From: an uncultured Acetatifactor sp.
GTDB taxonomy: Bacteria > Bacillota > Clostridia > Lachnospirales > Lachnospiraceae
DNA: 64,000 bases
Direction: 5' to 3'
NCBI GenBank assembly: GCA_910578815.1
Contig: CAJTSE010000007.1
Coordinates: forward strand, 103,739-167,738
Below are positions 62,427 through 64,000 of the stretch, piece after piece. The notes under the pieces were generated by a model. That model was given only the letters and a program-made list of their open reading frames with translations, had not been told where the DNA came from and ran no database searches. Within the stretch, counting starts at the first letter, position 1, and each line of letters begins with the position of its first letter. The position numbers and the translations under genes are program-made.

Positions 62427-64000
62427 TCTCCCCTAAATATAAACTGACAATTCTTGTACTGCTCTTCTGTTAAAAATGGATATAAGTCGTCAATGGGTGG
62501 CGACACAATATTTCCATTCTCATCTTCTTTACTTTTTACCCGTGGCTCGATCCCCTGCGAATCATCCTGAATCAGTTCACATATCGCATATCCTTTTATT
62601 TTTACAAACTCTTTTATCTTTGCCGCAATGTCGGCATTGTTTTCTATTTTCATATATGGAAATCCAAATGCTCCTGCTATTTTTTCAAAATCAGGCATAC
62701 TCACTCCCGATTCTTTAGAACACCCGGATAAACGTCCGTTAAAAAAATTGGTCTGTGTCTGCCGTATTGCCTGATAACCATAGTTGTTGAATATTATCAC
62801 CTTTACCGCCAGGCCATAATGTACAATAGTCTGAAGTTCCTGCAAATTCATCATGATACTTCCGTCACCGGTTATGCAGAAAACTTCTCCTTTCCCGGCT
62901 AAGGCCGCACCCACGGCAGCCGGCAGGTCATATCCCATTGTACCGCAGTTGGCATTTCCAAACAGCCTCTGTCCCCTTTTACGGATCCCCATTTGAAGTA
63001 CAGAAACACACGCGACGCTGTTTCCCACTACATTAATATCTGTTTCAGCCTGATTATTTTGCAATTCCTTATATAAATAATATGGATTTACGTTTTTACT
63101 TTTTTCGAATCTTGACACATAAACAGGAAAATGAGCCTTCAACTCGTTGCAATACTCTACCCAGTGCGAGATCTGAGGCGACACATCATTTCCATGTGCC
63201 AGAAAATAATCAACAGCCTCTTTTAAATCACAGTTAATAGGTAAATCAATCCTAATGATATCTTTTTTCAGTTCATTTGCGTCAACATCAATCACAATTT
63301 TCTGGGAGGAAGGTGAAAAACTTTGATAATTAAATCCCACATGCTTAAATGTCATTCGACACCCAAACGCGATGATCAAGTCTGCATTCTGTACAATAAA
63401 ATTACCCACCCGACCGCCAAAGGATCCAAAATTACCATAATAATTTTCCGCCTCGGTTTCAAATAAGTCTGCAACACTGGTGGCTGCCAGAGTAGGTACC
63501 TTCATCAAGTCCACCATCTCTCTGAACTCATTTTCATGCCCGCACGCCCGCACAGCAGACCCCGCCAAAATAACAGGCCGTTTCGCCTCCTTAAGCATTT
63601 TCAGGGCTTCATCGAATAATCCACTGCGCCAATTATTCTTCATCGTGTTCCTATCTGGGGTATACTGTTCTAAATCTTCCGTGTCAATGACCGCCCCCTG
63701 AACATCCAACGGTATATCCAGCCAGCAGGGCCCTCTTCTTCCATCCATGGCGATATGCAATGCCTTTTGTAAAAAATAAAGAATTTTCTGCGGCTCCCTG
63801 ACCATGACTGCATACTTAGTCATAGGTTTCACCGTTGGGATGATCGTATATTCCTGTTCCCCAAACTGTCTTAAATTTAACCCTGTACTTTCCACTGTAG
63901 TGGCATACCTGACCTGTCCCGATACGATCAACATTGGAATATTGTCCTGCCATCCACACAAAACACCTGTCAACGCATTTGTGCCTCCGGGACCTGTTGT
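62423..64000 (-). CDS. Thiamine-diphosphate-dependent enzyme (acetolactate-synthase-like), 5' end beyond the window
   Basis: ThDP-binding motif ITGDGSIMMNLQELQT...IIFNNYGY and the middle/PP domains of the ALS/YerE-type family. The ORF is still open at position 64000. Confidence 0.8.
   Translation of the reverse strand, partial: TTGPGGTNALTGVLCGWQDNIPMLIVSGQVRYATTVESTGLNLRQFGEQEYTIIPTVKPMTKYAVMVREPQKILYFLQKALHIAMDGRRGPCWLDIPLDVQGAVIDTEDLEQYTPDRNTMKNNWRSGLFDEALKMLKEAKRPVILAGSAVRACGHENEFREMVDLMKVPTLAATSVADLFETEAENYYGNFGSFGGRVGNFIVQNADLIIAFGCRMTFKHVGFNYQSFSPSSQKIVIDVDANELKKDIIRIDLPINCDLKEAVDYFLAHGNDVSPQISHWVEYCNELKAHFPVYVSRFEKSKNVNPYYLYKELQNNQAETDINVVGNSVACVSVLQMGIRKRGQRLFGNANCGTMGYDLPAAVGAALAGKGEVFCITGDGSIMMNLQELQTIVHYGLAVKVIIFNNYGYQAIRQTQTNFFNGRLSGCSKESGVSMPDFEKIAGAFGFPYMKIENNADIAAKIKEFVKIKGYAICELIQDDSQGIEPRVKSKEDENGNIVSPPIDDLYPFLTEEQYKNCQFIFRGE

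Overview
The window reads like a 64-kb chromosomal segment of a spore-forming Clostridia (Lachnospiraceae-like) Firmicute. It is almost fully coding, mostly on the minus strand. Left to right: the F0 half of the ATP synthase operon (atpZ/I-B-E-F-H); housekeeping genes (GNAT, DUF402, SleB-like hydrolase, dCMP deaminase, upp, rpiB, tsaC); cwlD; a sortase B plus VPKTG-substrate pair; a GH18/SH3 hydrolase; mecA; a pyruvate formate-lyase locus; ferredoxin; MerR; the dnaB-rplI-gdpP block; a ~19.5-kb glycan-utilisation island (GH35, GH30, two ABC permease pairs, two oversized binding proteins, Yip1/NHL-TPR/870-aa envelope proteins, LacI regulator); rpsR-ssb-rpsF; an Rpn-family nuclease; and a surface-polysaccharide locus (rfbF/G/H, methyltransferases, radical SAM/SPASM, neuB/neuC, ThDP enzyme). 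Most notable: (1) an AT-rich three-gene cassette at 51.6-53.4 kb, headed by a RelA/SpoT-synthetase (toxSAS-like) protein translationally coupled to two unknown small proteins. It sits between gene debris inside the glycan locus and is a candidate new toxin-antitoxin/anti-phage module. (2) Pyruvate formate-lyase is split into a 679-aa catalytic core and an 80-aa glycyl-radical subunit. A 67-aa ORF lies between them, and its N-terminus copies the start of the radical domain. (3) A family of composite repeats (61-64-bp tandem arrays plus a conserved linker plus long hairpins) occurs at three loci. (4) A 216-bp MITE-like element is present twice, once with a 9-bp target duplication and once supplying the last codons of rfbG. 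(5) The ABC glycan locus has an atypical architecture. No rRNA, tRNA or CRISPR array was recognised. All calls come from reading translations and motifs by eye; no database search or computation was run.
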